Assembly (NCBI GenBank): GCA_964016885.1
Contig: OZ024741.1
Coordinates: forward strand, 362,142,001 to 362,206,000
DNA length: 64,000 bases
From: Eledone cirrhosa
Lineage: Eukaryota
Reading direction: 5' to 3'
The position numbers and the translations under genes are program-made. The notes under the pieces are model-generated. The model saw only the letters and a program-made list of their open reading frames with translations, was not told where the DNA came from and did no database searches. Shown here piece after piece: positions 11,801 to 22,682 of the stretch (positions within the stretch are counted from its first letter, which is position 1; the number at the start of each line of letters is the position of its first letter).

Positions 11801-14461
11801 GGTCTGTACAGAGTTGTGAGTGTAAGTGTAGAGGTGTGTTGGTCTGTACAGAGTTGTGAGTGTAAGTGTAGAGATGTGTTGGTCTGTACAGAGTTGTGAG
11901 TGTAAGTATAGAGGTGTGTTGGTCTGTACAGAGTTGTGAGTGTAAGTGTAGAGGTGTGTTGGTCTGTACAGAGGTGTGAGTGTAAGTGTAGAGCTGTGTT
12001 GGTCTGTACAGAGTTGTGAGTGTAAGTATAGAGGTGTGTTGGTCTGTACAGAGGTGTGAGTGTAAGTGTAGAGCTGTGTTGGTCTGTACAGAGTTGTGAG
12101 TGTAAGTGTAGAGATGTGTTGGTCTGTACAGAGGTGTGAGTGTAAGTGTAGAGCTGTGTTGGTCTGTACAGAGTTGTGAGTGTAAGTGTAGAGGTGTGTT
12201 GGTCTGTACAGAGTTGTGAGTGTAAGTGTAGAGGTGTGTTGGTCTGTACAGAGTTGTGAGTGTAAGTGTAGAGATGTGTTGGTCTGTACAGAGTTGTGAG
12301 TGTAAGTATAGAGGTGTGTTGGTCTGTACAGAGTTGTGAGTGTAAGTGTAGAGGTGTGTTGGTCTGTACAGAGGTGTGAGTGTAAGTGTAGAGCTGTGTT
12401 GGTCTGTACAGAGTTGTGAGTGTAAGTATAGAGGTGTGTTGGTCTGTACAGAGGTGTGAGTGTAAGTGTAGAGCTGTGTTGGTCTGTACAGAGTTGTGAG
12501 TGTAAGTGTAGAGATGTGTTGGTCTGTACAGAGGTGTGAGTGTAAGTGTAGAGCTGTGTTGGTCTGTACAGAGTTGTGAGTGTAAGTGTAGAGGTGTGTT
12601 GGTCTGTACAGAGTTGTGAGTGTAAGTGTAGAGGTGTGTTGGTCTGTACAGAGTTGTGAGTGTAAGTGTAGAGATGTGTTGGTCTGTACAGAGGTGTGAG
12701 TGTAAGTGTAGAGCTGTGTTGGTCTGTACAGAGGTGTGAGTGTAAGTGTAGAGGTGTGTTGGTCTGTACAGAGTTGTGAGTGTAAGTGTAGAGGTGTGTT
12801 GGTCTGTACAGAGTTGTGAGTGTAAGTGTAGAGGTGTGTTGGTCTGTACAGAGGTGTGAGTGTAAGTATAGAGGTGTGTTGGTCTGTACAGAGTTGTGAG
12901 TGTAAGTGTAGAGGTGTGTTGGTCTGTACAGAGTTGTGAGTGTAAGTGTAGAGCTGTGTTGGTCTGTACAGAGTTGTGAGTGTAAGTGTAGAGGTGTGTT
13001 GGTCTGTACAGAGTTGTGAGTGTAAGTGTAGAGGTGTGTTGGTCTGTACAGAGTTGTGAGTGTAAGTGTAGAGCTGTGTTGGTCTGTACAGAGTTGTGAG
13101 TGTAAGTGTAGAGCTGTGTTGGTCTGTACAGAGTTGTGAGTGTAAGTGTAGAGGTGTGTTGGTCTGTACAGAGTTGTGAGTGTAAGTGTAGAGGTGTGTT
13201 GGTCTGTACAGAGGTGTGAGTGTAAGTGTAGAGGTGTGTTGGTCTGTACAGAGTTGTGAGTGTAAGTGTAGAGGTGTGTTGGTCTGTACAGAGTTGTGAG
13301 TGTAAGTGTAGAGGTGTGTTGGTCTGTACAGAGTTGTGAGTGTAAGTGTAGAGGTGTGTTGGTCTGTACAGAGGTGTGAGTGTAAGTGTAGAGCTGTGTT
13401 GGTCTGTACAGAGTTGTGAGTGTAAGTGTAGAGGTGTGTTGGTCTGTACAGAGTTGTGAGTGTAAGTGTAGAGGTGTGTTGGTCTGTACAGAGGTGTGAG
13501 TGTAAGTGTAGAGCTGTGTTGGTCTGTACAGAGGTGTGAGTGTAAGTGTAGATCTGTGTTGGTCTGTACAGAGTTGTGAGTGTAAGTATAGAGCTGTGTT
13601 GGTCTGTACAGAGTTGTGAGTGTAAGTGTAGAGCTGTGTTGGTCTGTACAGAGGTGTGAGTGTAAGTGTAGAGCTGTGTTGGTCTGTACAGAGTTGTGAG
13701 TGTAAGTGTAGAGCTGTGTTGGTCTGTACAGAGGTGTGAGTGTAAGTGTAGAGCTGTGTTGGTCTGTACAGAGTTGTGAGTGTAAGTGTAGAGGTGTGTT
13801 GGTCTGTACAAAGGTGTGAGTGTAAGTGTAGAGCTGTGTTGGTCTGTACAGAGGTGTGAGTGTAAGTGTAGAGCTGTGTTGGTCTGTACAGAGTTGTGAG
13901 TGTAAGTGTAGAGGTGTGTTGGTCTGTACAGAGGTGTGAGTGTAAGTGTAGAGCTGTGTTGGTCTGTACAGAGGTGTCGAGTGTAAGTGTAGAGCTGTGT
14001 TGGTCTGTACAGAGTTGTGAGTGTAAGTGTAGAGATGTGTTGGTCTGTACAGAGTTGTGAGTGTAAGTATAGAGCTGTGTTGGTCTGTACAGAGTTGTGA
14101 GTGTAAGTGTAGAGGTGTGTTGGTCTGTACAGAGGTGTGAGTGTAAGTGTAGAGCTGTGTTGGTCTGTACAGAGTTGTGAGTGTAAGTGTAGAGTTGTGT
14201 TGGTCTGTACAGAGTTGTGAGTGTAAGTGTAGAGCTGTGTTGGTCTGTACAGAGTTGTGAGTGTAAGTGTAGAGGTGTGTTGGTCTGTACAGAGTTGTGA
14301 GTGTAAGTGTAGAGGTGTGTTGGTCTGTACAGAGGTGTGAGTGTAAGTGTAGAGCTGTGTTGGTCTGTACAGAGGTGTGAGTGTAAGTGTAGAGCTGTGT
14401 TGGTCTGTACAGAGTTGTGAGTGTAAGTGTAGAGGTGTGTTGGTCTGTACAGAGTTGTGAG
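5877..14461. repeat. 40-bp minisatellite, ~214 copies (gtctgtacagag[t/g]tgtgagtgtaagt[g/a]tagag[g/c]tgtgttg)
   Basis: Direct reading of the 40-nt period; register shifts by single C insertions near 9697 and 13978. Confidence 0.99.
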
Positions 14462-14605
14462 GGGAGGGAGGTGTTACTGATCGTAATGAAGCCGTAGGAA
14501 ACTGGAGGGGTGAATGTGGGTGCGCGTGTTACACCGGGCAAAGTAGGGGTCACAATGGCTAGGTGTATAGAAGCACGCACGAGTGCATGTGTGCAAGGGT
14601 AAATA

Positions 14606-15164
14606 CAGGGCGAGCATAAAGTATTTTCCTGATTATAAACCTGTATTAACCCTTTAGCATTTACATTACTATACTATTGTATTTTTGTGACAAAACATAA
14701 ACAAGATAGAAAAACAGTTTTTGGCAGTTTTTGGCATATGTCTAGACCAGGCATAGGCAACTTTTTTTCGAGAAGCGGGCCGCATGAGATATGGTTCATC
14801 ATCAGGCGGGCCGCAAGCGCTAATTTACATACGTGCCCACATTAAAAAAAAAGGGTGGTAACTCAGGTTGTTTTGATTTGTTTCTTCATAATTCGTACAC
14901 GTTGTTTCCTCGATCGTAAAAATGATACAAAGATAAATTACGACTGAAAATTTGGGGTAAAAAAATCAGAAAGATTTCATTTAGGTGACTTAGGCGAGCC
15001 ATTCAGAAAGCTTCGCGGGCCGCATATTGCCCATTACTAGTCTAGAGGCTTGTTTCAGTCACACATGAACTTCAGTGAACTTTAGCATGGGTCCCACTCG
15101 TCACTCGAAGGACTTCTAAGCGATATTCAATTTCACTTCATGTAAAAACTTTATGCTCACCCTG
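14606..15164. mobile_element. Tc1/mariner-type MITE
   Basis: TIRs CAGGGCGAGCATAAAGTATTT / AAAAACTTTATGCTCACCCTG flanked by TA on both sides. Confidence 0.8.
14748..15039. mobile_element. hAT (Charlie-like) MITE nested in the mariner MITE
   Basis: 8-bp TSD gtctagac/gtctagag (NTCTAGAN target), imperfect TIRs caggcataggcaa / ttgcccattacta, subterminal gcgggccgc motifs. Confidence 0.7.
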
Positions 15165-15199
15165 TATAGATTATAAAAAATGTGGAGAGGTGTTGAGTC

Positions 15200-15460
15200 C
15201 TTCGTTCCGACGACGTATGCTTCCGTTGATTGAATCAACGGAGCTGCCTGCTTCTAAAATTTACGTGTAAGTAGCTGAGCATTTCACAGACACATGTAGT
15301 TCTCAGGGAGATTCAGTTTAATTCAATGTACAACAAGGCCGGCCCTTTAAATTACAGATACAACCCATCTTTGCTAATCGTGTGGACATGAGCAACGTGA
15401 AATAAAGTGTCTTGCTCGTTCCGGGAATCGAACTCACCACCTTACGATTGTGAGCTGAAG
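15200..15460 (-). mobile_element. Second tRNA-derived SINE family (related copies near 19993-20285, 33880-34310, 39125-39440)
   Basis: B-box-like gagttcgattcccgg on the minus strand and shared body (agcaagacactttatttcacgttgctc). Confidence 0.7.
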
Positions 15461-15564
15461 ACTCCTTCACACATACATATATAAAGTTCTAACTTTTTAA
15501 TCTACTTAGTTGATAAGGTATGTCTGTCTTCGATTTCAGATAGCCTGTTCGCCGAATTTTTCCC

Positions 15565-16920
15565 TATTTAGCTAGGGGTGGGTACAAAGCTGGGTTGTGA
15601 GGCTGCCGCTCACGCCATCAGAGCATTTACCAACTTGCATTCCCAAACGCCCAAGCTCATTCTCAAGTTGGATCTCAGGAATGCTTTCAATTCCATCTGT
15701 CGGGTTGTCATCTTCCGTTCAGTAAAGGAGGGGGCCTCGCAGCTTTACCACTTTGCTTGGAAAGCCTACTGGGAGCCCTTCTACCTAACTTTCGGTGATC
15801 ATCTCCTCCTATCTGCCACAGGGGTCCAACAGGGTGACTCGCTCAGACCTGCACTTTTCGTTCTAGGCATTGATGACGTCACCAAGCTGGCAGCTGACCT
15901 GGATCTGAATGTCTGGTATCCTGATGATACGTGCTTGGGGCGGGGGTCCTCCTGAGAAGGTGCTTGCAACTGTGAAGATGATGATTGAGGAGCTGGGTCG
16001 TAGGGGCCTTAACGTCAACAGTTCCAAATGCGAGCTCTGGTTCCTCATCCACCCAGCTTCACATCTAGAGACTGTTGACCTGTTCACAGAATCTTTCCCC
16101 GCCATCTAGGTTCCTCCCCCATTGGCGTGGTGCTCCCTTGGGACCCCAGTTACTGACCAAGCATTCGAGTCCATCTTTCAATGTATGTTGGCTAACCTCA
16201 AGCAACTTTTTAAAAACTCGAAGTCATTGAGCCTCACCAAGGTTTTTTCATTCTCCGGAATTATCTGTCAATCCCTCAGTTGTTGTATTTCCTTAGAGTT
16301 AGTCCCTCTTGCAAATTCTCGTCGTCTCTCCAACGCTTCGACGATTTAATATTCAGTGAGCTCTAGAGTTTGGTTAATGTCCGACTCTCTCCAGAATCCC
16401 ACGACCAATCTGCCTTACCCAAACGGTTTGACGGTCTCGATTTGCGTAAGTGTACTTCATTGTGCCTACCTTGCTTTCTTTCTTCCATCCACGCCTGCTC
16501 CCCTTTAGTAGGTAACATTCTCTACTTCCCAACTTGGACTAGTTCCACTAGGGAGTTGGATGAAGCTTTACTGCAGTGGAGAGAATTTGGTTTGTCAGTC
16601 CCAGTTACTGATGAGGATAGACGGAAGCAGAGAGTATGGGACAATCTGCGTTTGAGGGAAATTTCCAATTCTCTCTTTGATCTTTCTGAACAGTTTTCTG
16701 CTCGCACAAAGTTCTCGTGATTGATGCCCTGCCTGTGGCCAACATTGGTGGCCTTCTCAGTCAGGACGAACTCCGCATTTCCATTGCACTTCGTGTGGGA
16801 GCCGACGTCTGTTGGGGTCTGAGATGCCGCTGTGGTAGGTCCCTCGACTCCACAGGCTTACATGGTTTTTCCTGCCGCCTGGATGCTGGTCGTTTTACCC
16901 GTCACACCGAGCTGACAGCG
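15565..16920 (+). pseudogene. Degraded non-LTR retrotransposon RT of CRE-like (REL endonuclease) type
   Basis: QLGVG..GCEAAAHA, KLDLRNAFNSI, GVQQGD, WYPDD (YxDD) and a downstream CRCG...H..SC zinc knuckle; frameshifts and stops. Confidence 0.85.
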
Positions 16921-17130
16921 AAGTTCTTGTCTTCACTGTGTGTATGTGTCTGTGAGTGTGTGTGTATTTGCGCGTTCGTTAGGTACGTTAGGCCTTAGTA
17001 AGTTGCACAGAGAATTAAATACACATCTTCACATTCATATACATATGTGTGTGAGTGTATGTGAGAGTATATGTATGTGTGAGTATATATTTCTGTGACG
17101 ACTGACATAAATAACACACTCACACACATC

Positions 17131-17192
<62 letters not shown>

Positions 17193-17280
17193 CCCACAAA
17201 AGTCTAGAATCGGCTTAAACTATAGATCAACGTATCAGTTGCATGTTTAACAATATTGCGTTAACTTTTATAAAGCGTAG

Positions 17281-17322
<42 letters not shown>

Positions 17323-17326
<4 letters not shown>

Positions 17327-18346
17327 TGGCTGCCAACTCGTTTTCGCGTACGGCCACTACTTTATATCCATGTAGGAGAACCTCTACCGATGCGCTGAAC
17401 GGGTGACTTTTTAGTCCAGCCAGTGACTTGAAAACTCTGGTACAAACACTACACTTGTGACAATTACTGACACGGTGCTGGGCCCATGGAACCATGTGAT
17501 GACAAGTGCAGAGATATCTCTAGATATAAAGCAATGCCTGTGCCGTGAAGCTTTTATAGTGAGCAAAGGCACTGCACAAAGCCAGTCCCACTCTCTTAAC
17601 CAAGATGATATTTACCAAAAAGAAGAACAAGTCAACATCATTGGATACCATCAGGGTTGCAGGTGTTATATCAGAGTTTTCCTTCTCCTAGAATTCTGCC
17701 TTGAAAAAGGCTAAGGGGTCATCTCTCCCGGTGATTTTGGATGGCCATTAACTCTTAAGAGCTCCTTTGCCCTTCGACAGGTTTTGTTTTTAGTCCTGCA
17801 GGATGTCCAAAGTTACCCTCTTCACCAAGAAAGCTTGGTGGGGTTGCCAGTTTAGTCGCCAACGACCCGACCATGGGACAGGTTGTACTGGGATACATGT
17901 TACCAGTAGCACCAACTGGTGACCTGACAATAATATGTATTCATTGAACCTTATATATATATACATACATATATATATATATATATATACATATATGTAT
18001 GTATGTATGTATGTATGGTATCCAATGATGTTGACTTGTTCTTCTTTTTGGTAAATATCATCTTGGTTAAGAGAGTGGGACTGGCTTTGTGCAGTGCCTT
18101 TGCTCACTATAAAAGCTTCACGGCACAAGCATTGCTTTGTATCTGGAGATCTCTCTGCACTTGTCATCACATGGTACCATGGGCCCAGCACTATGGGTCA
18201 GTAATTGTCACAAGTGTAGTGTTTGTACCAGAGTTTTCAAGTCGCTGGCTGGACTAAAAGTCACACTCATTCAGCGCATCGGTAGGGGTTCTCCTACATG
18301 GATATAAAGTAGTGTCCGTACTCGAAAACGAGTTGGCAGCCACCAT
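17323..18346. mobile_element. Two RTE-type 3' ends in inverted orientation (~330-bp arms 17323-17650 / 18016-18346) around a probable RTE 5'-UTR segment
   Basis: Arms are reverse complements (ORFs 17457+ and 17790..18191- share peptide); they encode CSVCTRVFKSLAGLKSH, a C2H2-like RTE C-terminus; each outer end runs into a microsatellite. Confidence 0.8.
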
Positions 18347-18454
18347 GTATGTATGTATATATATATATGTGTGTGTGTATGTACGTGTGCATACTTACAT
18401 TTATGAATCAGCTATGCTAGGGCGAGAAATAAAATTATAATTTTATTTAGTAAC

Positions 18455-19122
18455 CCCCTCCTGGAGTTGTCTATATTTTCTTTAACTCCCATCCCCAACA
18501 GGAACTGTCTATATTTTCTGTACTCCCACTCCCATTGGATCTGTCTATATTTTCTTACCCCCTCCCCACTGGGAGGTGTCTATATTTTCTTACCCCCCTC
18601 CTCATTTGAGTTGTCTATATTTTCTTTAACCCCCATCCCCCACTGGAGCTATCTATATTTTCTCCCCCGCCCCACTGGAGCTGCCTATACTTTCTTAACC
18701 CCCTCTCCCACTGGAGTTGTCTATATTTTCTTTAACCCCCATCCCCCACTGGAGCTATCTATATTTTCTCCCCCGCCCCACTGGAGCTGCCTATATTTTC
18801 TTAACCCCCTCCCCCACTGGAGTTGTCTATATTTTCTTTAACCCCTATCCTCCACTGGAGCTATTTACATTTTCTCCCCCGCCCCACTGGAGCTGCCTAT
18901 ATTTTCTTAACCCCCTCCCCCACTGGAGTTGTCTATATTTTCTTTAACCCCTATCCTCCACTGGAGCTATCTACATTTTCTCCCCCGCCCCACTGGAGCT
19001 GCCTATATTTTCTTAACCCCCTCCCCACTGGAGTTGTCTATATTTTCTTTAACCCCCTCCCCCGCTGGAGTTGTCTATATTTTCTTTAACCCCCACCCCC
19101 CACTGGAGCTATCTATATTTTC
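18455..19122. repeat. ~35-bp minisatellite with a 106-bp trimeric higher-order repeat
   Basis: Unit cccactggag(t/c)t(g/a)(t/c)ctatattttct...; ORFs starting at 18717, 18823 and 18929 recur at exactly 106-nt spacing. Confidence 0.95.
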
Positions 19123-19828
19123 GCTCCTAGAGTCGATAAAATATACAGTAGTTTTGTAACAAATGACACATCTGTGACTCCCCGAAAGATATTTGCTGAG
19201 GAGCAAAAACAGCTAAGTCTGCTACTCACATTTAGAAAAAGGATGTATAGTTTTTGCCAATCTATAATTCGTACAGAAAGTAAGAAGGAAAGAACAATAA
19301 TATTAGTTTTCCACTCAAAATTTCAGATTATAAACTATTGTTTCCATTGAGGTATCTATTATGTTGCCACCACACCTTAAAACACATATCTCCCGCGATG
19401 GAGTGACACCATTATTCTAAAACTTAGATGAAAGAAAATATGTATAACTAAATAGTGAGAGAGAAAGTGAAGGAGAAGGGAGAGATAGATAAGTAGATAG
19501 CCTGAGAAAGAAAGGGGGGGAATTTCCTGGATAGTCTTAGTTATACTTAGTATTTATTTCACGCCTATGCAACTATCAACCAATTGTAGCGCTCGGATGA
19601 CAGAGTTTTAAGCACCACACATACATGCATATTAAATAAATAAATAAATAAATAAATATATATATATTATATATAAATATCCGGACATTGCCTCCTGAAA
19701 CTCAAACTAGAAAGAAGTTAAAGCAGTATAGGAACATATACATACTCTTCTCTCGCCTTCTCTCTATCTTTTTATGTAACATACATATATAACAAGAGAA
19801 ATATATTATTAAATAAGGAACACAAACT

Positions 19829-19913
19829 ATGGGTATATTATTTTCACGATTTACATTTCCACTTTCGCACCGCGACGAATCACGCATTATGATGCTTGGA
19901 TTAGATGCTGCAG
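19829..19913 (+). CDS. ARF-family small GTPase, coding exon 1 (MGILFSRFTFPLSHRDESRIMMLGLDAA+G)
   Basis: ATG at 19829, MGxxxS myristoylation motif, G1 box start GLDAAG, donor g|gttagt in phase 1 compatible with exon 2; absent from the ORF track because it is short. Confidence 0.9.
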
Positions 19914-20395
19914 GTTAGTAATTTTTTTATTTTTATAAGTGCATTATGTTCTATAACATCTATTTTATTTTACTATATTTTACGACTAGTAAAGGTGCGT
20001 GCTTAGTGGTTAGGGTGTTCAGCTTACGATCGTATGGTCGTGAGTCCGATTCCCGGAGGTGCGTTGAATCCGAAAAAAGACACTTTATTTCACGTGTGCT
20101 TCAATCTGCACAGCTGGTAAAAATGAGTAGTATCTCTAATTCAAAGGGCCAACTTTGTCAGGCACAGTGTCACGCTGAATTTCCCTGAAAGCCACGTTAA
20201 GGGTACACGTGTTTATGGAATGCTCAACCACTTGTAGGTTAATTTCTCAAGCAGGCTGTTCCGTTGATCAAACAACTAGAAGACTAGTACGACATACACT
20301 CAGGTCTGCTGTGTAGTTGAAAAAAGTATCAGTATGTCAGACATCGTTATAGAAAAGGGCAAATAATCTTTGACCCCTCATCGATCCCAGATATG

Positions 20396-20632
20396 CAGGG
20401 GCAGTGGAAGCATTTCTGAATTGGATGGGGGGGGGGAGGTCAATTTAATTCTAGTAATTAGTTTAGCTGTTATTATCAAATATCAACCAAGATATAAAAA
20501 ACTTCGATATGCGATAAACATAACATGTACATGAATTGTAGCGCACATACAAATAGATGTGTTTTGGTAGTTTGGGGAGAAAAATATAATTATTGGATAG
20601 GGGGAGGATGACCCCAAGTTCCACCGCCCCTG
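20396..20632. mobile_element. 237-bp MITE
   Basis: 14-bp TIRs CAGGGGCAGTGGAA / TTCCACCGCCCCTG (13/14) flanked by direct repeat ATATG. Confidence 0.75.
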
Positions 20633-20909
20633 ATATGTACAAAATAAATAAATAAATCAGTAAACAGAATATAAAAACTAATTATATATATATCAGAAAC
20701 CTGTTTAAGCAAGTTGTATTTTATATATTTTCATTTGTTATGCAAATATCAAGTTTTGTTGACTCCCTCAATAGCCCCGCCGATTGTTGAGGGTCGATAT
20801 AGACCCCTCTTATAAACGGAGACCAACTTTGTTTTTAGTTGGTAAAGTAGACTTCTTGTATAAAATGTTTACAATATTTAACATCTTGTTATTGGTTAAC
20901 TCCATGTCA

Positions 20910-21370
20910 TCCCCGATCCAGTAGGTCTATGATCGGAGATTTTCAGCTGTCATCCCTAATTCAGTAGGACTGTGATTGGAGTTTTTCCAGCTGCCATCTC
21001 TGACCCAACAGGACTGTGATCAGTGTGATTTCAGTTGTTAGTCCTAACCGATCGGGATCCTTGCAGCTGTGATCCAGTAAGACTGTGATTGGAGTCTTTG
21101 CAGCTGTGATCCCTGATCCAGCAGGTCAGTAATCGGGATCCTTGCAGCTGTGATCCCTAATCCAGTAGGACTGTAATTGGAGTCTTTGCAGCCGTGATCC
21201 CTGATCCAGCAGGTCTGTGATCGGGATCCTTGCAGCTCTGATCCCTGATCTAGTAGGACTGTGATTGGAGTCCTTGCAGCTGTGAGTCCTGATCCATCAG
21301 GATTGTGATTGAGATTCTTGCAGCTGTGATCACTGATCCAGTATGACTGAATTTTTCCAGCTGTAACCAC
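20910..21370. repeat. 44-bp minisatellite with alternating A/B units (88-bp dimer)
   Basis: tgcagctgtgatccctgatccagcaggtc..atcgggatcct alternating with tgcagctgtgatccctaatccagtaggactgt.attggagtctt. Confidence 0.9.
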
Positions 21371-21798
21371 CCCATATTTTGTTTTTCAGACTTAGTGTAA
21401 ATAAGACTACATTAGCCAATGTGTCCTTTTGCATTTAAGATAGCACGAAGCTATTTGAGGGAAATGTCATTGTTATTTCTAGCAAATACTGTGGCTACAT
21501 AGATGTTTGTTAGTTGGCTCATATGATATTTAGTCTTGTCTGTCTATGTTCTGAGTTGCAATCCCTTTGGGTTCGATTTTACCTTTTGTACACCAACAGC
21601 ATATAGGGTTCAGTTCAATTCAATTGACTGTACTCTCTCACCCTCCTCTTTGTCAACAGCCCACCTTGTGGTTTATCAGCATAAATTTGGTATGATTAGT
21701 ATTCTTAGTATCAGTATAGGGCTGGACAAAATGCTTTGCAGTATTTGGCTGTCACTTAATGTTCTGAGTATAAATCAAGTACTTTTTAACTCTAGCAT

Positions 21799-21832
<34 letters not shown>

Positions 21833-22002
21833 GTTGCTGCTGCTGCCGCTGCTACTACTATAAAGTACAGGTACTGTGTGTTTTGTATGGCAGCTAGACT
21901 ACAGTGTTTGTATATATATATATATATATATAAATGAAAATATAGAAATTAATGTGAGCAAGAAGCCAGCAGTATTTCATAATATATAAGTGACTATCAC
22001 GT

Positions 22003-22048
<46 letters not shown>

Positions 22049-22053
<5 letters not shown>

Positions 22054-22572
22054 TATGTATACGTACATACATATATGTATACAGACGTACAGTAGTATGT
22101 ATATATATACGTACATGCACGCACACATATATATATATATATGTACGTATGGATTCACCGAACATTTATTACAATGCTCGGTGTGTTTGTAAACAAACAT
22201 CCCGAATTAAGCCGTACAGTGTCTAGCAACCATCGTTGCTCATTTGTTCAACACTGACAAAGGAACGCTGTACTAGTTTCAAGCTTATTAGCTATCGTCA
22301 TCAACGTATACCTTCCTGTCAGTGTTGAACAAATGAGCAATGATGGTTGCTAGACACTGTACGGCTTAATTCAGGATGTTTGTTTACAAACACACCGAGC
22401 ATTGTAATAAATGTTCGGTGAATCCATACGTACATATATATATGTATGCATGTATGTATATATATACATACTACTGTACGTCTGTATACATATAAGTATG
22501 TACGTATACATACTTATATTTAAGTAACAGCCGTACTAAGAGTGAGAAACGAAATTTCGTTTCATTTTTTCC

Positions 22573-22575
<3 letters not shown>
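22049..22575. repeat. Fold-back palindrome (~200-bp arms) of the hammerhead-bearing ~430-bp repeat family, with a mutated hammerhead in the ~58-nt loop
   Basis: 22050-22258 is the reverse complement of 22317-22515; the loop on the minus strand reads cgttg-ATGACGA-tagctaataagctt-GAAA-ctagta-cagcg. Confidence 0.9.
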
Positions 22576-22627
<52 letters not shown>

Positions 22628-22682
22628 AACACTGTAGTCTAGCTGCCATACAATCCACCAAAACACATATATATATATATAT

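Noticed and set aside
5877-14461. CRISPR-like array
   Set aside because: Units are contiguous with no unique spacers, there are no cas genes, and the context is eukaryotic.
5590-14580. Giant ORFs of 2996, 2655 and 682 aa
   Set aside because: Artefact of the 40-bp repeat, whose minus strand has no stop codon in any frame; all three frames give the same 40-aa periodic peptide, and single-base insertions merely swap frames.
17650-17930. Possible HDV-like ribozyme in the RTE 5'-UTR-like segment
   Set aside because: RTE 5' ends can carry such ribozymes, but I could not fit the nested double pseudoknot by eye; needs a descriptor or covariance search.
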